A DNA stretch of 64,000 nucleotides. Source: Owenia fusiformis (lineage: Eukaryota). Positions 1 through 14,100 of the stretch are shown in pieces. The position numbers were made by a program, and so were the translations under genes. Every line of letters starts with the position of its first letter. Positions within the stretch are counted from its first letter, which is position 1. Location of the stretch: NCBI GenBank assembly GCA_903813345.2, contig CAIIXF020000001.1:10726001-10790000 (forward strand). Reading direction: 5' to 3'. Below the pieces are notes generated by a model. The model was not told where the DNA came from. It ran no database searches and saw only the letters and a list, made by a program, of their open reading frames with translations.

Positions 1-3000
1 AAATTATATTGGAACAATACCAAGTCATACATTTATACATCTGCATACTAAATCACTGATTGGCATTTGTTGTACATCTTGAAATATGAACGCTAAAGTA
101 GAACTTGAAATTGCTGACTGTTCAATTTCACGTTATATTGATTACATTGGGATTTCGCGATAACTGCTATCTTTGAAAGTGTATAACTTCAGTTCTAGAT
201 AAGCTTATTCCATGATTTTATTTGAAAGATAATAGATTAGCAGCGAAGCATTTTTTGGCACCAAAGAAATTATTGTGAAAGAGAATTGACAATTTATCAC
301 AAAATGTCAAAAATTCACACCTCCTAGGTCACGTTGACCTCGAGTTGACCTTTGTCGACCCCCTTTTTTAAAAAATCAAAAATTTTCTGAAGAGGAAATT
401 GAATAAGGTTTAAAACAATACCAACAGATTGAAATCAGACAAGTAATAAAAAATCGCAGGGGGACCCCCCCTTCCCCTTGCGACTTAGAAGTTAACTCTA
501 CTAGTAGAGTACTATAATGATGCATGATAAGCCGATCGTATTGAGCAATTCGGCGAAACCGCTTGTACCGAAAACAAATTGTTAAATCAATTTGGTAGTT
601 GAATTAGTATAGGTTACATCTGCATTGTACCATTGTCGTGGGCATGAAGACAATGAGAGTTGATGGAACAAGCGATCACTGAGATTTAATCAATTTAAAG
701 TATCTGAACCTCTTGGATGAATTGGGTAGAACGACAACTCAGTCAATGGGAGCTTATATTCGAAAATTAATGAATTAATATATTCTAAATAATAATTATT
801 TCTGAAGTAAATCCACCTACCAATATTTAAGGAATGTCTTTTTTGGTTATTTCCATTAGTTTCGTAATCTGCCAATAAAGCTTTTCTTCCTTCTATGGGA
901 CCTGATAACATTTTGTGAATCAGCATGTTTTCGCTGTTTCGCATTTCGTGTAGTGTATCTATGATATTTCCTAATGGATTGTCCTGTCAAGAGCAAAATA
1001 ACACAACGAATAAATTTTGATTTTAGCAAGTACTTTTCATTCCTGTTCAAGAGAGACAATCTGAAACAATTTTGTGAATTGTCCCAAATATTGTTATCCT
1101 CTAAGTCGCAATGGCGCAAATGAAATACAAGATGAACTATATGTTCACTGCCTTACCTGTTTCGTAAAAGATCGCTTCGTTCGTGAGATTGTAGCAGCTT
1201 CGTTTACAGAGATGAAGAAGCAACTGAAGACGAGGAAGGAAATCATATCCTGCTTTCCTCCCATTTTCTAGTTACTCCCGGTGCTAGTCTAAAAAACGTC
1301 TCTGCTGAGCTGCGTCGTTTTCCAAAGAGCGCTTCTTGTTAGTGATTATTGCGCCAAATAACAAGGTCCGGGTGAATATATCTAAATATATCCCATTACA
1401 TACTCCTCGTTGGATCTATATATCTTGTTAAATTCAATTGAATAAAACTAATGATAATACACAGGTATACTAAAATAGGATAACGCCCGGCTAAAGTGCG
1501 CTCCGAATGTGTGTGATTTATACTTCTTTTAGTAGTGATTTGAAACGAGAAACATCTCGCATCCTTTTATGACAGAACGTAGGGAAGCCTCGGGTCATTT
1601 TTAACATCGGAGTATCGAGATGTACCCAACTCCTACCCGTAAAACTGACGTAGAAATTAGGATTATCGTATCATCAAAGCTATTTTTGTCATGACAATTT
1701 CATTTAGGCCTTTACTTGGACATATATTGCGTCATGAAAATCAACATATTTATTACAAACCTACACTTTATTAATTATTAATTCAATAAACTAAATTAAT
1801 TTACTTCATTGTTTATTTATGATTAATTGCATTCATTTTTTCAAAACAATTATTTGATTAGTCTATATAATATACTATACTAGTACTAATGCTCCGAAAT
1901 CGGAGAAATTAAAAGAAAAACGACTTCGCTATTTCAGTACGATGTTACTAATCACAGGATAATCATTCTGATTTATAAGTCTCTCTTTCATCTATAAAGC
2001 GTGTTCCAAGGGATAGTAAAGACTGTTGATCCCACAATGCAGGATAATAGACTATTTGCAATGTATGCGGTTGTCTATGACATTTAAATATATTTTGTTC
2101 CACAGTATTCAATTAAATATATTATGTAAAATTTAACTGTTGGCGTTCATACACCCATTTGGGTGTCGTGGCATATACAAATGTAAATGTACAGGGTGTT
2201 TCATAATGACCGTCCCCCATCCACAGCCAATCCTAGATCACGTGGCCCCATAATCTAAATGACATAGTAAAGGTTTTTTAATGGATTTTTATTTCAGTTC
2301 AAAAAAGACATATAGTAAAGGTTATTTAATTCTGGACTTATGTGCCAAATGTTAGCATGCCTGGTCAATGAAAACATAATTTGTAAACTTATGTTTGATA
2401 GTCACTTTACCCTCAGTTTATGTGATTTGTGGCTACCATTTTTAATGGATTAAAGAGAGGAGCATATTGCTATATAATCCATTGAATCACCAAGAGCTCT
2501 CTGGGTAATTCTTTGAAATATTTAATACTTTTGTTTTTCAAATATCATTGGGATATATCTCCAGCATCCATCAAATGTTATACGTTTATTGTACATAACT
2601 TTATATAATAGTGTACATGTATTGAGGCATGGTTATCATAGCTGTTTGCAGGGCACGTGGCTAATTTTGGAAAAAACGTAGCTATCAGATTCTATGCTAA
2701 ATGTAAAATGGGTACCTTTTGTAGAGGGGTATAGCAAGTTGTGAAGACTATTGAGCCTATTCAAAATTGTTTTAATTAGTCCGGATCTAGAATTGAACAA
2801 GCTTTCATATGATATATAACATATGCTGGTATGCTATTTGGGATTGGTGGTTACTGCTCAGGTCGATATAGTAAAATAAATGCCTTCTAATCTAGCACTA
2901 ATACCCCTAGGACAGGCCCGGTAAGGTGGTTATAATACAATTACAATTTACAATACAATATAAATACAATACAATAGTAATTACAGTTTTCGCAAAGATG

Positions 3001-5116
3001 GATATGACGTGTACTTCATAATATTAAGAAAAATGAAATGCCATTAACCGCAAGATCAGTCTCAGTCGTAAATTCCGCTGGGATACGTGGCTATTTTTTC
3101 CATGCGTAGACATCTATGTTGCATTGAAATTTGACAATGATATTTGAGATTGATTTGACTTTGTTGATATTAGATTACCATATATTTGCATTCGTTCGAC
3201 TTCACTTCTTAAAAGAGAGCCTCATCTTTCTCTACATCTAGTCTGTGCGCAGGGTAATATTAGATATCTAGATGAGATAATTCTAAATCAAAGTTATCTT
3301 GGCTGCACTCTTGAATCACAAAATTCCAAGTAAGTCCCAGAAGGATTTTTATATTATTTTATAAAACTGCCCCAAACCGAATGCGAATAATCGACAAGGA
3401 GACATGATACGACAAAAATGAAATCAGTTGCTGGACAAAATGTTTGCTCCTCCCTTGGCCTATTCATAGTTATGCGTTAGATAAAGACCTCCTCCGGGTA
3501 GAGACAGTGGAGAATCGCCATGATGACAATAATAAGGACTTCAAACTAAAGAAATCATGCATGATTTTGAACAAAATGAATACGTTCACTGAAGATCCAT
3601 GCGACTGAATGAGAGGGTTACTGGTGCCGTAACCACAAAATAAAATTTACTTTATTAAAAGATGTCTCTGTTTTCCTAGAATCGTAAGGAGAAAGCTGAT
3701 CGTAGGATGCAACAGTTATTCATCGTGTAATATGTTTTTTCATCAAGAACCTACCCAATATCAAACTATTGTCGTTGTTAAGTATCTAGCCCATTTTTAA
3801 TTTGACTCTCTAGACGGATTTTTATATTTATATTGTAAAGTATTAAATATACTTAAATGGGCTTTTTATGCTATTTTATGCTGTTTTGACTTATGACTTC
3901 GAAATTAAGGAAAGAAACTCATAAGAGAAAAGAATTATGCACTGTTCTTTATCCTGTGGGTTTACTATAGAATTATGCCTCTGTAACGAATCTGCATATG
4001 CATTTGCATTATGTTCTGTGTGTGGTTATACGCTAGTCATTCACGGGGTTCGCTTCTGTTTACCACACATACGGTGCCCTGCCTCCTCACTCATCAATCA
4101 TCCAACATGACAAATTCTAGCAAAAGATTCTATGCTATTGACACTATTAATTTTCAACGGTTCGCCTGCCTTTTCTACGTCTGTCTAACCCTAAAGAAGT
4201 CAGCCAGGAGCCGTAAAAGTGTCATCTGCTTGCATCTGACAAATGGGGACACAAAATATTAAGAACAAGTGAAGTATATATCGATGCGACATTTCTAGTT
4301 TTAGATGGCTAACTTTGAGCAATAATACATGTTTATCAGTTTTAATTGGCGTTAATTTACGGAAACGGATCGCTTATCAGTAGAGAGGCAAATCGTCCCA
4401 GGAATCAAAGTGACGAATCGGATATATCCTAGTTTATTGCCATTAATACCTGCAATTAAAACGATAAGTTGATTAGAAATAACAACAAACACTTATCTCC
4501 GTAAATTTCCAGAATTTTCATCAAGCAAATGGACAATTGGATACGAGGATAATATTTTATGAGAAATCAGTTTCATCAACCAAATGGACGATTGAATACT
4601 AGGAAAATTTATGAGATTTAACTTTTAAGACTTATCTGACATAATTACAAAAGTAATCGTCGTGTTGTTTTGTCGTCACGCTTCTGTGGAAACCATCACG
4701 TACGCTTCCTATATGTGGGCAAAACACATTATTTAGATGGTATCAAACCGTATCTCAACACATTATTTCAGCATTTAGTAGAGGTTAAATATACCCTAAG
4801 GAAACGTTTTTTGTTTCGAATGACTTTTTAGCGTGTTGACTAAGAAACCCAGTGGTGGGAAAAACCCATATAGGCTCTATAAACTCGACCAACCCAGACC
4901 AACCACATAGTAAGAAACTCGAAATATTTCGGCAAATCTGATGGGGTTTTCTCTTGCTAGCTAGATTACAGTGTATGTTTCTAAAGCCACCATCTGCGTA
5001 GCACACTTACAGGGTGGTAGCTAGTTTCAAACAGAGATCGCTAAGGATTAGACGCTCCATCGCTCAGCGGGATAACTCAAATATATACCTTATTTAGGAT
5101 GTATTACTATAGAACA

Positions 5117-5199
5117 ATGCAGAAGAAACACCTGTATACCTTACTGATGTTCATGTTACTCTTGGAAGAATGTTATGCTGCAGCGGGAATAAAATGGCT
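5117..5199 (+). CDS. Wnt4: Wnt4 exon 1 (signal peptide)
   Basis: ATG at 5117, hydrophobic N-terminus ending IKW-L, donor GTAAGT at 5200; phase 2 matches exon 2. Confidence 0.85.
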
Positions 5200-8100
5200 G
5201 TAAGTTAGATACAACTACTTACTTAAATTATCTGTTTGCAAAACCGCTCATTAATTAGGAACTACATACCCCTATTGACGTTCTGTTTTCTTTGGAGCTG
5301 AAATGCACGGATAGCAATGACAGCTTTGAAGATATATAGGAAACAGTTACTAACGCTCAAATTGATTTTAATGAATATTTTGATTTTGTAAGAATTGTAA
5401 GAATTCTTTATTTCAGTTATTTTGTTCTTTTTGTTATTTTCTTTTCATAATTCATTTTTTGGCATCATACTTTCGTCGGTGTACAAATTTTAGTTTACCC
5501 GTATCTGTTTTTCTGATTTGACTTTTAAACATCTATGATGAATGGGAAATGACTTTAATATTCTGACATGCTTGTCACTAATGCACATTAAGGTACACTT
5601 ATACCTTTATTTTTAATCACTGACAACCATACTATAATTGTGAAGAGTGAAAAGCGTCTGAGATATCTTGTCAAGCCATGTTATAAATTCAAAGAATCGT
5701 TATTTAAATATTTCAAATGATAAATGAGTCATTTACTGCATGGTATGCATGTTTTTAATGATATCAAATTAGTATACACTGATACGGAACATATACGCTG
5801 ATGAGACGTTTTATCATTTTTCAAATCGGTCTTCCAACAGACCCCCATATAATCATTATGAAAAGGTACAAATTTCTGTAGATGTAAATTCATCCAAATT
5901 TTGCATATTTAAAACCAAACATAATATTAGACAGGCTCTAGTTGTACGACAAGATGTACGGTGTAAATTCTGCATTTAACCAAAGCTGGCTCTGTAAAAT
6001 TCAATGTTCGACATTTGTAAACGTGGAAATGATAATTTAAGACTGATGATGAATGGTGTCATAATGACAAATTGCCCCGGCCTTCAACTGCAACCAGCAA
6101 ATTATCACAAACACATTTCAATGAACGAAAGAATGTTCCAAGCTCTAAATCAACTTTGTTGAATCCGAGTAGTGCTAGGGGCTACTGAGTATGATTTTCC
6201 CCACCTTTTGAGATCCTGACAGGAACTTGAAGTTCAACCCCTTAGCTAATCTATTTTGTTATTTTCCACACTGTTCTTCCAGTTAATTACTTCACTCATG
6301 CATTGGTGGAATCAAAATTGTAATTATCATAAAAGAACTTGGAAAACTTGTGCAGTCGATTCTTAAATGTCTGGGATTGTGGGTGTTTTCTGGTTGAAAG
6401 TACGTATACGACCCTTATATGTACATTACTTGTAGGGCTCTTGGATTATCACAGACCATACCACGTATACAAGATGAAACAATTTGTGATAAACTAACTG
6501 GACTAGTGAAGAAACAAAAACACATCTGCAGACAACAAATAGAGGTGATGGACAGCGTCAAACTCGGAGCGTCCATGGCTATTAAAGAATGCCAGTTCCA
6601 GTTCAGAAATAGACGCTGGAACTGCAGTACCGTGGACCCCGTATCTGTCTTCGGTAATATTTTGAATCAAGGTAAGGGTGCTGGTAGTATGCATCCTGAA
6701 CCTTACAGGCCTGTTTAACAATTTGAGAATTAAAGGATGGGTCCCGTCTCTGGCCTAGGTCTCTTCGGTGTTCTGCTCCACCATACCAACCTTATCAAAC
6801 TTGTTCACAGCAGTCACATGTTAGCATGTTAGCCAAATCGTGTACCCATTAGATATTTTCAAAAATCATCTTCATTATCGAGAATTGGACCCATCCTTTA
6901 ACCATGGGCTTTCAACTTTTCTGTATTGTCATAATTATGATGAATTCCTTTTTTATTAAATTATCAACATGCATGGAGATAATCATGTTTTTATTTTCGA
7001 GTTCTTTCTTTAAATCATCCATAAAAAGTAAAAAAAAGATCTTTTTGGAATGTGTACATTCTACAATTTTGAAAACCCAAAGGCAATGCTTATGTATGTG
7101 AACTATCGGAAGTTGCCTACCCTTCTAGTTGAAAGTGAAGGCCCGTGCTTTAACCAACTACTGTCTGAATCTAGAAAGTCTGGAACAAGAATAAACAAAT
7201 GAAAATTTATATAATAAAAATCTTAATAATTAAATAGAGTGAAGTGTGTGGGGATAGTATTTAAGATGTCAACTGTGGAAATTACTTTACAACTCGTCCA
7301 TGATTGGGTAGACAAAAATAACCTTGTAAAACTGGTTCCTCGGGGTATATAATTTCGTGACAATAAGTTTGTGTGCATGTAATCTGGAAACAAATACAAT
7401 ATAACGTTAATGTCGTGACTCATAGTGCCCTGTCTCTTTACTTACCACTAGACATACCTGTAATTAAATCCCAGGTTAATTAAAAGTATAGTTCAATAGT
7501 TCAATATTGATGGTTTTTATTTCCAAATTTAGAATGACATCATAAAAACGTGACCCTATAGTTTTTCATTAGATCACTAGACCATGAATATACCTACACT
7601 CCCCTCCATAAGTTTGGCAACCTTTTTTCTCCATTGAACTACGTGTTAAAGCCTCTTTACGTTTGAATTTTTATTTACTTAACCGGCGATGAAATAACTA
7701 ATAATATTAATGGAAACGTAATTTGACTTTATTTCCAATACCTCCAAATTTTCTCAATTTTTTTCCTCAATTACAATAGGTCGAAAATTGATGATAAATT
7801 TGATGAATTTTTGAAAATCGTCATTCCCATGTAATCCAATGGGAAATGGAGGGTTCGGGGCAAATCTGAAATTAGGATATCGTTTCAGTAAAAGATTCAG
7901 CAAAAAATATTTTTATATAGAAAATTGAATTGTCTAACTTTTTTGAACACTAAGTGTTTAGTTTATTTGATGAATATTAAAGTTACAGCGCTTCAAAGTC
8001 ATTTTTGAAAATAATTTTTCGCCTCCTGTGTTATTTCAATGGGAGAGTTTTTTTGAAAAACAATTTTGACTTTAAAGCCCTATAACTTTGTTGAACCTGA

Positions 8101-11100
8101 AGAAACATATCAATTTTTTGTTAAATAAAGTTAGCAAATTCAATTACCTGCCTAACTCGTATTTTTCGCAAGGACTCGGATGGATGGATATTCTGTCATA
8201 TGACTTGCGGCAAACCTACCATTTCCCATTGGTTAACATGGAAATGTCGATTTTCAAAAATTCATCAAATTCATCATCAATTTTCGACCTACTGTAATTG
8301 AGGAAAAAAATTGAGAAAACTTGGAGGTATTGGAATTAAAGTCAAATTACGTTTCCATCAATAGTATAAGTATTTTCATCGCAGGTTAAGTAAATAAAAA
8401 TTAAAAGGTAAAGAGGCTTTAACACGTAGTTCAATGGGGGAAAAAAGGTTGCCAAACTTATGGAGGGGAGTGTACGTACCAGAACTTAGATGACTAGAAA
8501 TCATCAAGTCAAGTCATCATAATTCTTATTCATTTAGAAACTATTTTTACCTTGTTTACAGTGCACGTCAACGATCCGGTACAAAATGAAAATCAGAGGG
8601 TCACAAATGTCAAAGGATAGGTATCGATATGGTGAACTGAATTCAACAATGTTTTTCTATTAAACCAATTATTGAAAACATTCTGTAAAAAACACGGTAT
8701 TTTATGTAATGTTGACTGATTGACAACAATTTAATGCGAAAATTATTTAGAAATATTTTATATAACTGTTTTTGTTTACATTTTTGTTTTTTAATGCAAT
8801 TGTTTTTGCTCCTTTCTACCAATTCTTGAGAATGAAATAAAATGTCTTTCCGAATCTTGTTGGAACAAAATAGCATATACAACATGTTTTTTGACCTATC
8901 AATATAATAGTTATACAAACGAAATTTTGGTTGATTTTAAAAAAGTATTCAAAAAATTAAAACAAAATCAAGATAAACCTTTTATTTCATTAACAAGATA
9001 CTTTTTTAAAATCAACCAAAATTTCCTTTGTACAATAACAATATTGAGAGACCTAAACATGTTGTGTTTATCTCGTTGTTTTGTTCCAATAAGGTTCGGA
9101 AAGATGTTTCATTTCACAAGATGGAAACATGATACCAAGAACAAAACAAATGTTTGTGTTTTCTAAAACAATATAGATGAACGTATATATATATTTTTCA
9201 AATTATACTGTTACCATTCAAAAGATGACCATTCAATTGACGAGGTGTTAAATTTTTAGATTTTTTATGACTGGTTTAAGAGAAACGTGTGTTCAAAAAG
9301 TTCACCATATCGATTCCACTCCTTTCCGAAAATAGCATAATATGGTAACACCTGTAAAACCATGTGAATAGTCTAGCTACAACCCCGTGACCACAAGGTT
9401 GTTAGAGTAGATAGTACAGGGTTCTGAAGCAAGACTACCATGTGAATATTCTTATGTCATTTCTCTGAAACAATTATATTTCTTATCAAGTATACTCCAT
9501 TTCAGGTACTAGAGAAGTTGCCTTTGTGCATTCAATATCGTCTGCAGGCGTCTCACATACCGTCACCCGAGCTTGCAGTTCCGCGAAGCTTACGAAATGC
9601 GGATGTGACCGGACGGTTAGGGGACGGAGTTCCAAGGGATTTGATTGGGCTGGATGCTCGGATAACATCGCATACGGAAATGCATTCTCCAAGACGTTTG
9701 TAGACGCTAGAGAGCGGGGGAGAAAGGGGGATGGGGGAAGATCGTTGATGAACTTACACAATAATGAGGCTGGTAGACAAGTAAGTCCTACAATGTTATT
9801 GTCACAAGTATCCAGATTAAGGTTAAGATTGAGCAGAAGAGTAACATGGCAATGGGGCCTGTACCCACACATTAAAAAGTTAATGAATTGACTCAAATAA
9901 TGTGAGAAAACAAAGGAGTTGACTGAAATCCTCCATTTTCATTGGTTCATTGGTTAAATAATCTGACATTTTAAGAGTAATACGACGCAGAAATGCCAGT
10001 CACAAAGTAGCCCCATTCTTGCTATCTAAAAACTATTTTCCAAACTATTCATACCAAGAACTGAATATTTTTGAAGTGCCTGGTTCAACACACCCTTACC
10101 AGCGATATTCCCAGTGAATCCATTTGTCATTGTCCATGTATACATAACAAGGTCAGCGTGAATGAGAACAAGAGCATGACGTTGGTATTTATTTAGGGTG
10201 ATTTGGGGAATACCCTTTGACCCAGGGGCTGTCAGTAAAAACCATCCTCTATGGATCTGGAATAATATAACAGTTTAATATTGATACGATCTTAATGACC
10301 TCAATTAACCTTTATGGCATTTTACTGGAGTTTACGAAAGAAATGTCAGGTATGAAAGGTAGATAATAATACATCTTGAAAAAAACTCGATAAAAGAATA
10401 TCTCTTATTACCTACCCTTTGCATTCGTCTGACTTGGTTCCTCAAAAGAAATCGTCGTCTTTGTCGTAAGTACGTTTAGAACTAAACTCCGCGCTCGGGG
10501 TAATTTCTTATTTTATAGAGATGGATAGTTAAAATTCCTTTCATAGCAGGCCCGGAGCCAGGATTTGCCAAGGGGTTGTTCAGTTTTCAAAAGTTTCCAG
10601 GGGGGTTCACATTTGACAATTTTGGCCCAAATATGGCTAAAATCACTTGAGAAGTGATAAAAATGGTGAAAAACTGCATGATTTTGAAAGAATTTTTGGT
10701 CAGGGGGGGGGGGGTTCGCTGGCTACGGGCCTGCATAGGATATTAGTTTATTGTGCTTAGACAAGCTCCTGGTTATAATTTGTTATTCTTTATTTTCATG
10801 TCATGATACTGTCGTTGACAAAATCCATTTTGAAAGTCAGTAAGTCAAACTGAATATATATAGTAATAGGTTTGTGTGTCTAGAACATTTCATAATTGAA
10901 CAGAAAAACCTCAGAGTTTTCACAAAAAATATTGCCCCTTATCGACAAATCGATAAATGTGCTTATGTTTAAAAACTCCAATTACAAATTGGTAAATAAA
11001 AGATACATACATACATACTATGAAATCATTTGTGACATTTATCTCAGCTTTCCAATGGTGTATTGAAACTTAGCTTAATGCTGATAGAATTATCTAATCT

Positions 11101-14100
11101 CTTACCTCAGAGTACATGTAAATAACGAATTTATTTCTTTATTGAGGGTATTTCGAGATAAATTATCAGAATTTGATTAGAGATTGGGGGATTAACTCAT
11201 TATATTCCTGGTGGTGTGACTTTGACATTGACGAATTGCAGAATTATTCCTAAATCTACCGGGAATAATTACGTGTGTACTGGAATATTTTCTTATTTTT
11301 TCAGTTCACCTTACAAACCCCACGTTTCAAACAGTAATGTATTTCTATGTTCTCACTTCTACTGTTGCCCAATATCTGACATATTACTGCTCTAGCTCTG
11401 GGCTGTTTGCGCCAGGAAAACATAAACTTATCTGTTTTGTATTTAACGCTTTGATGCGCTTTTCTGCCCAAATCTTCCGACGTTAATTGTGTGAATGATA
11501 CAAATGCCAGAGTTGCATTTGCGATACTTCTAGGTATCATGTCCCGCCTCCAGGCGGCTCTAACGATGATACACTAAAAACGGATCTGATAATCCTTGGG
11601 AGGTTTCAATTTGATCTAGAAAAAACTTTAAAATGTAAACTTTTGGTTATTTTTTACATGTCTTATTTGTTTTTGCTCAGTTGTGATTCAGTTCTTGTTG
11701 ATTTGATTGGAATTCATTGTTTTTGCATATCTTACAGATAATAGTAGTTCGACTGGAACATGTTTTAATTAATTACCACAATGAGAAACACGCGCAGAGA
11801 GTTGTTCTGAGGTAGGGTCTTACAGCTGAAGAATCGCAGATTTTTAGATACATATCACTCTGAGGATACAGTCTACGACAGCTGTATGCGAGATTAACAT
11901 TCGTCTTACATGTCAGGGCACCAAGCATTTGTTGAAGAGCCACGGGTCTTCGTTTATTTACTTGGAATCCTGATACATAATATCTAATTAAAGAAAGCTG
12001 CTTTAAGTATGAGGAACCCATCTCTGAACAAGTTGTGGTTGCTAACCGTGTCTCGAAACGACGCGAAGCAAGGCGTATCATTGCATTTATAATCCAGAGA
12101 GAGATGAAACCTGTCAAATGCTCTGATGATATTGTTGCTAAACATTTCTGTGGCTCCTGGGCTCTTATTACAGTCATAACAAAAGTCAGAGAGGAGGTTC
12201 ATTCACAGTTCTGTGATCTCTCTGTGATGGTCGTTCCGGTGGCCACCAATTGGAACTTGCTGTGACGCACGATGGTCGTTCGTGGCCACCAATTGGAACT
12301 TGCTGTGACACACCATGGTCGTTCGTGGCCACCAATTGGAACTTGCTGTGATACACGATGGTCGTTCGTGGCCACCAATTGAAACTTCCTGCAACACATG
12401 ATGGTCGTTCTTGGCCAACAATTGAAACTCGCTGCCACAGTTTTCATTGAACAATTTGATGTGCAATGCCAATGACATTAGTTTGGTTGTGATTGTCCAA
12501 CGAAAAATAACTCAGTTGAAGAATGCTGCTTTATATATCGTCATTCGTTGAAAGAATGGAGTTCATTGACTAATGGCTGGTGGTTCCCAGAATTAGGATC
12601 CGGGTTGTCAATGTATATACTTAAGACTTTATTACATTGACGATGTGGGGTGGCCAAATGAACCATTAAATAACATCATCAGGGCAACTATACGAGGTTT
12701 ATCTCCCTATTACTCAGCCTGAGTCAAGTTCTACGATGTTGTAAACATTCTTAATTACAAATGCCCTCGTATTATCTGTTACCGTACCCTTAAATCCAGC
12801 GTAATTAGTTGTAACTCGTCCCTAAAGTGAGGCTCGACGAGGGCTGTCTTTGAACTTTGTGGTTTAAGGTCATAAAATAAAAAAGTAGTTAGATACCTCT
12901 TTTAAACATTGTTAAGTACACCGCTTGGTTACTACTTTGCACTGCAAGTTCTCTTCGAAGAGAATTACAATATATAAAATGTATAGTATGAAGATTTGAG
13001 AAATTGATTTCTCCTTAAATCCACAAAATACAAATATTACAACAGGTATAAGATGTAATTTTTCGAAGGGGTCTAATTTTTTATGCTTTGTCTCAAAGAA
13101 TCAATTTTGAGCGATATCACAAACAAGAAATGTGCCAAAAGTCGAAATTCGGTCAACCAGCTCATGACAAAGGTTGATCATAGAATGCTCCACTCATCTT
13201 TCATTCTTTTACGATTGATTCTATTTTTAGATCGATCAGGCCTAAAAATAACTTATTTCAAATTAACTATGTTCATCTACTGTCTTGATGAAATATAATG
13301 ACGTAATTGGGCTTGTATTTTCTATTGCTATGTTGTGCCAGTCCATCAGCGGCTTATCAAAAACACGTCTTTAACACTTGGAATCTTTGCAGAATAACTG
13401 CGCGTTTTGCAAAAATTCAGACAAGGCTTTCAGACATAAATTTGACACATGCTTCCAACCGTCATCAGGTTTGGATTGTTCAGCAGACGCTATGTCAAAA
13501 TAGAAGCATTTGAGAAGTATCTACCATTGACAAGTTGTGCTTTAAACTTGAGGTTATCATTAATTAAAGGAATCTTCAACAGGTGCTCTTTTTCACCTGG
13601 ATGACGATACATAAACAATAAACAGTCTGCATCATGTTACACCGTTGGGGAAATATTTTGAAACATGTTATACCTCTAAGCATACTGTTATAGCAATGAT
13701 CTCACGTTCAGTCTGGGAGAGTTTGAAGGTCCATAGACTTGTATCAACAGTATTTCTCCCCCAACTAGTAGGACTTATATATATTGGATAAATGCGGTTG
13801 AATAATTACACACGAAATGAATAACAAAAACCCAAAACATTGAAACCAAGTCTCTGGAAAGATCACAAATAGTAGGTAAAGTTTTGATAAAATTCCCCAT
13901 TAGATGATGGGAGGTCAAATCTGTGTGTAAGTTTAGGCTTACCGGCCTTTCCTTCATGTTCAATTTCTGGATATGGTCAAATAAACAAATGGACCTTCGG
14001 ATGTATCCTCAAACATTTCCATTTGGCAGAAACAATGTTCAAAAGCAAATGGACATATATCACTCAGAATATATAGACTACAGATGGTCTGGTGTGTTTC

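Noticed and set aside
1-5100. Short ORFs upstream of Wnt4 and partial transposon-like ends (~494, ~2190)
   Set aside because: No homology recognised and no paired termini could be established within the window.
12226-12435. Regularly spaced repeats resembling a CRISPR array (also 21167-21337)
   Set aside because: The units are contiguous with no unique spacers, there are no cas genes, and the context is eukaryotic.
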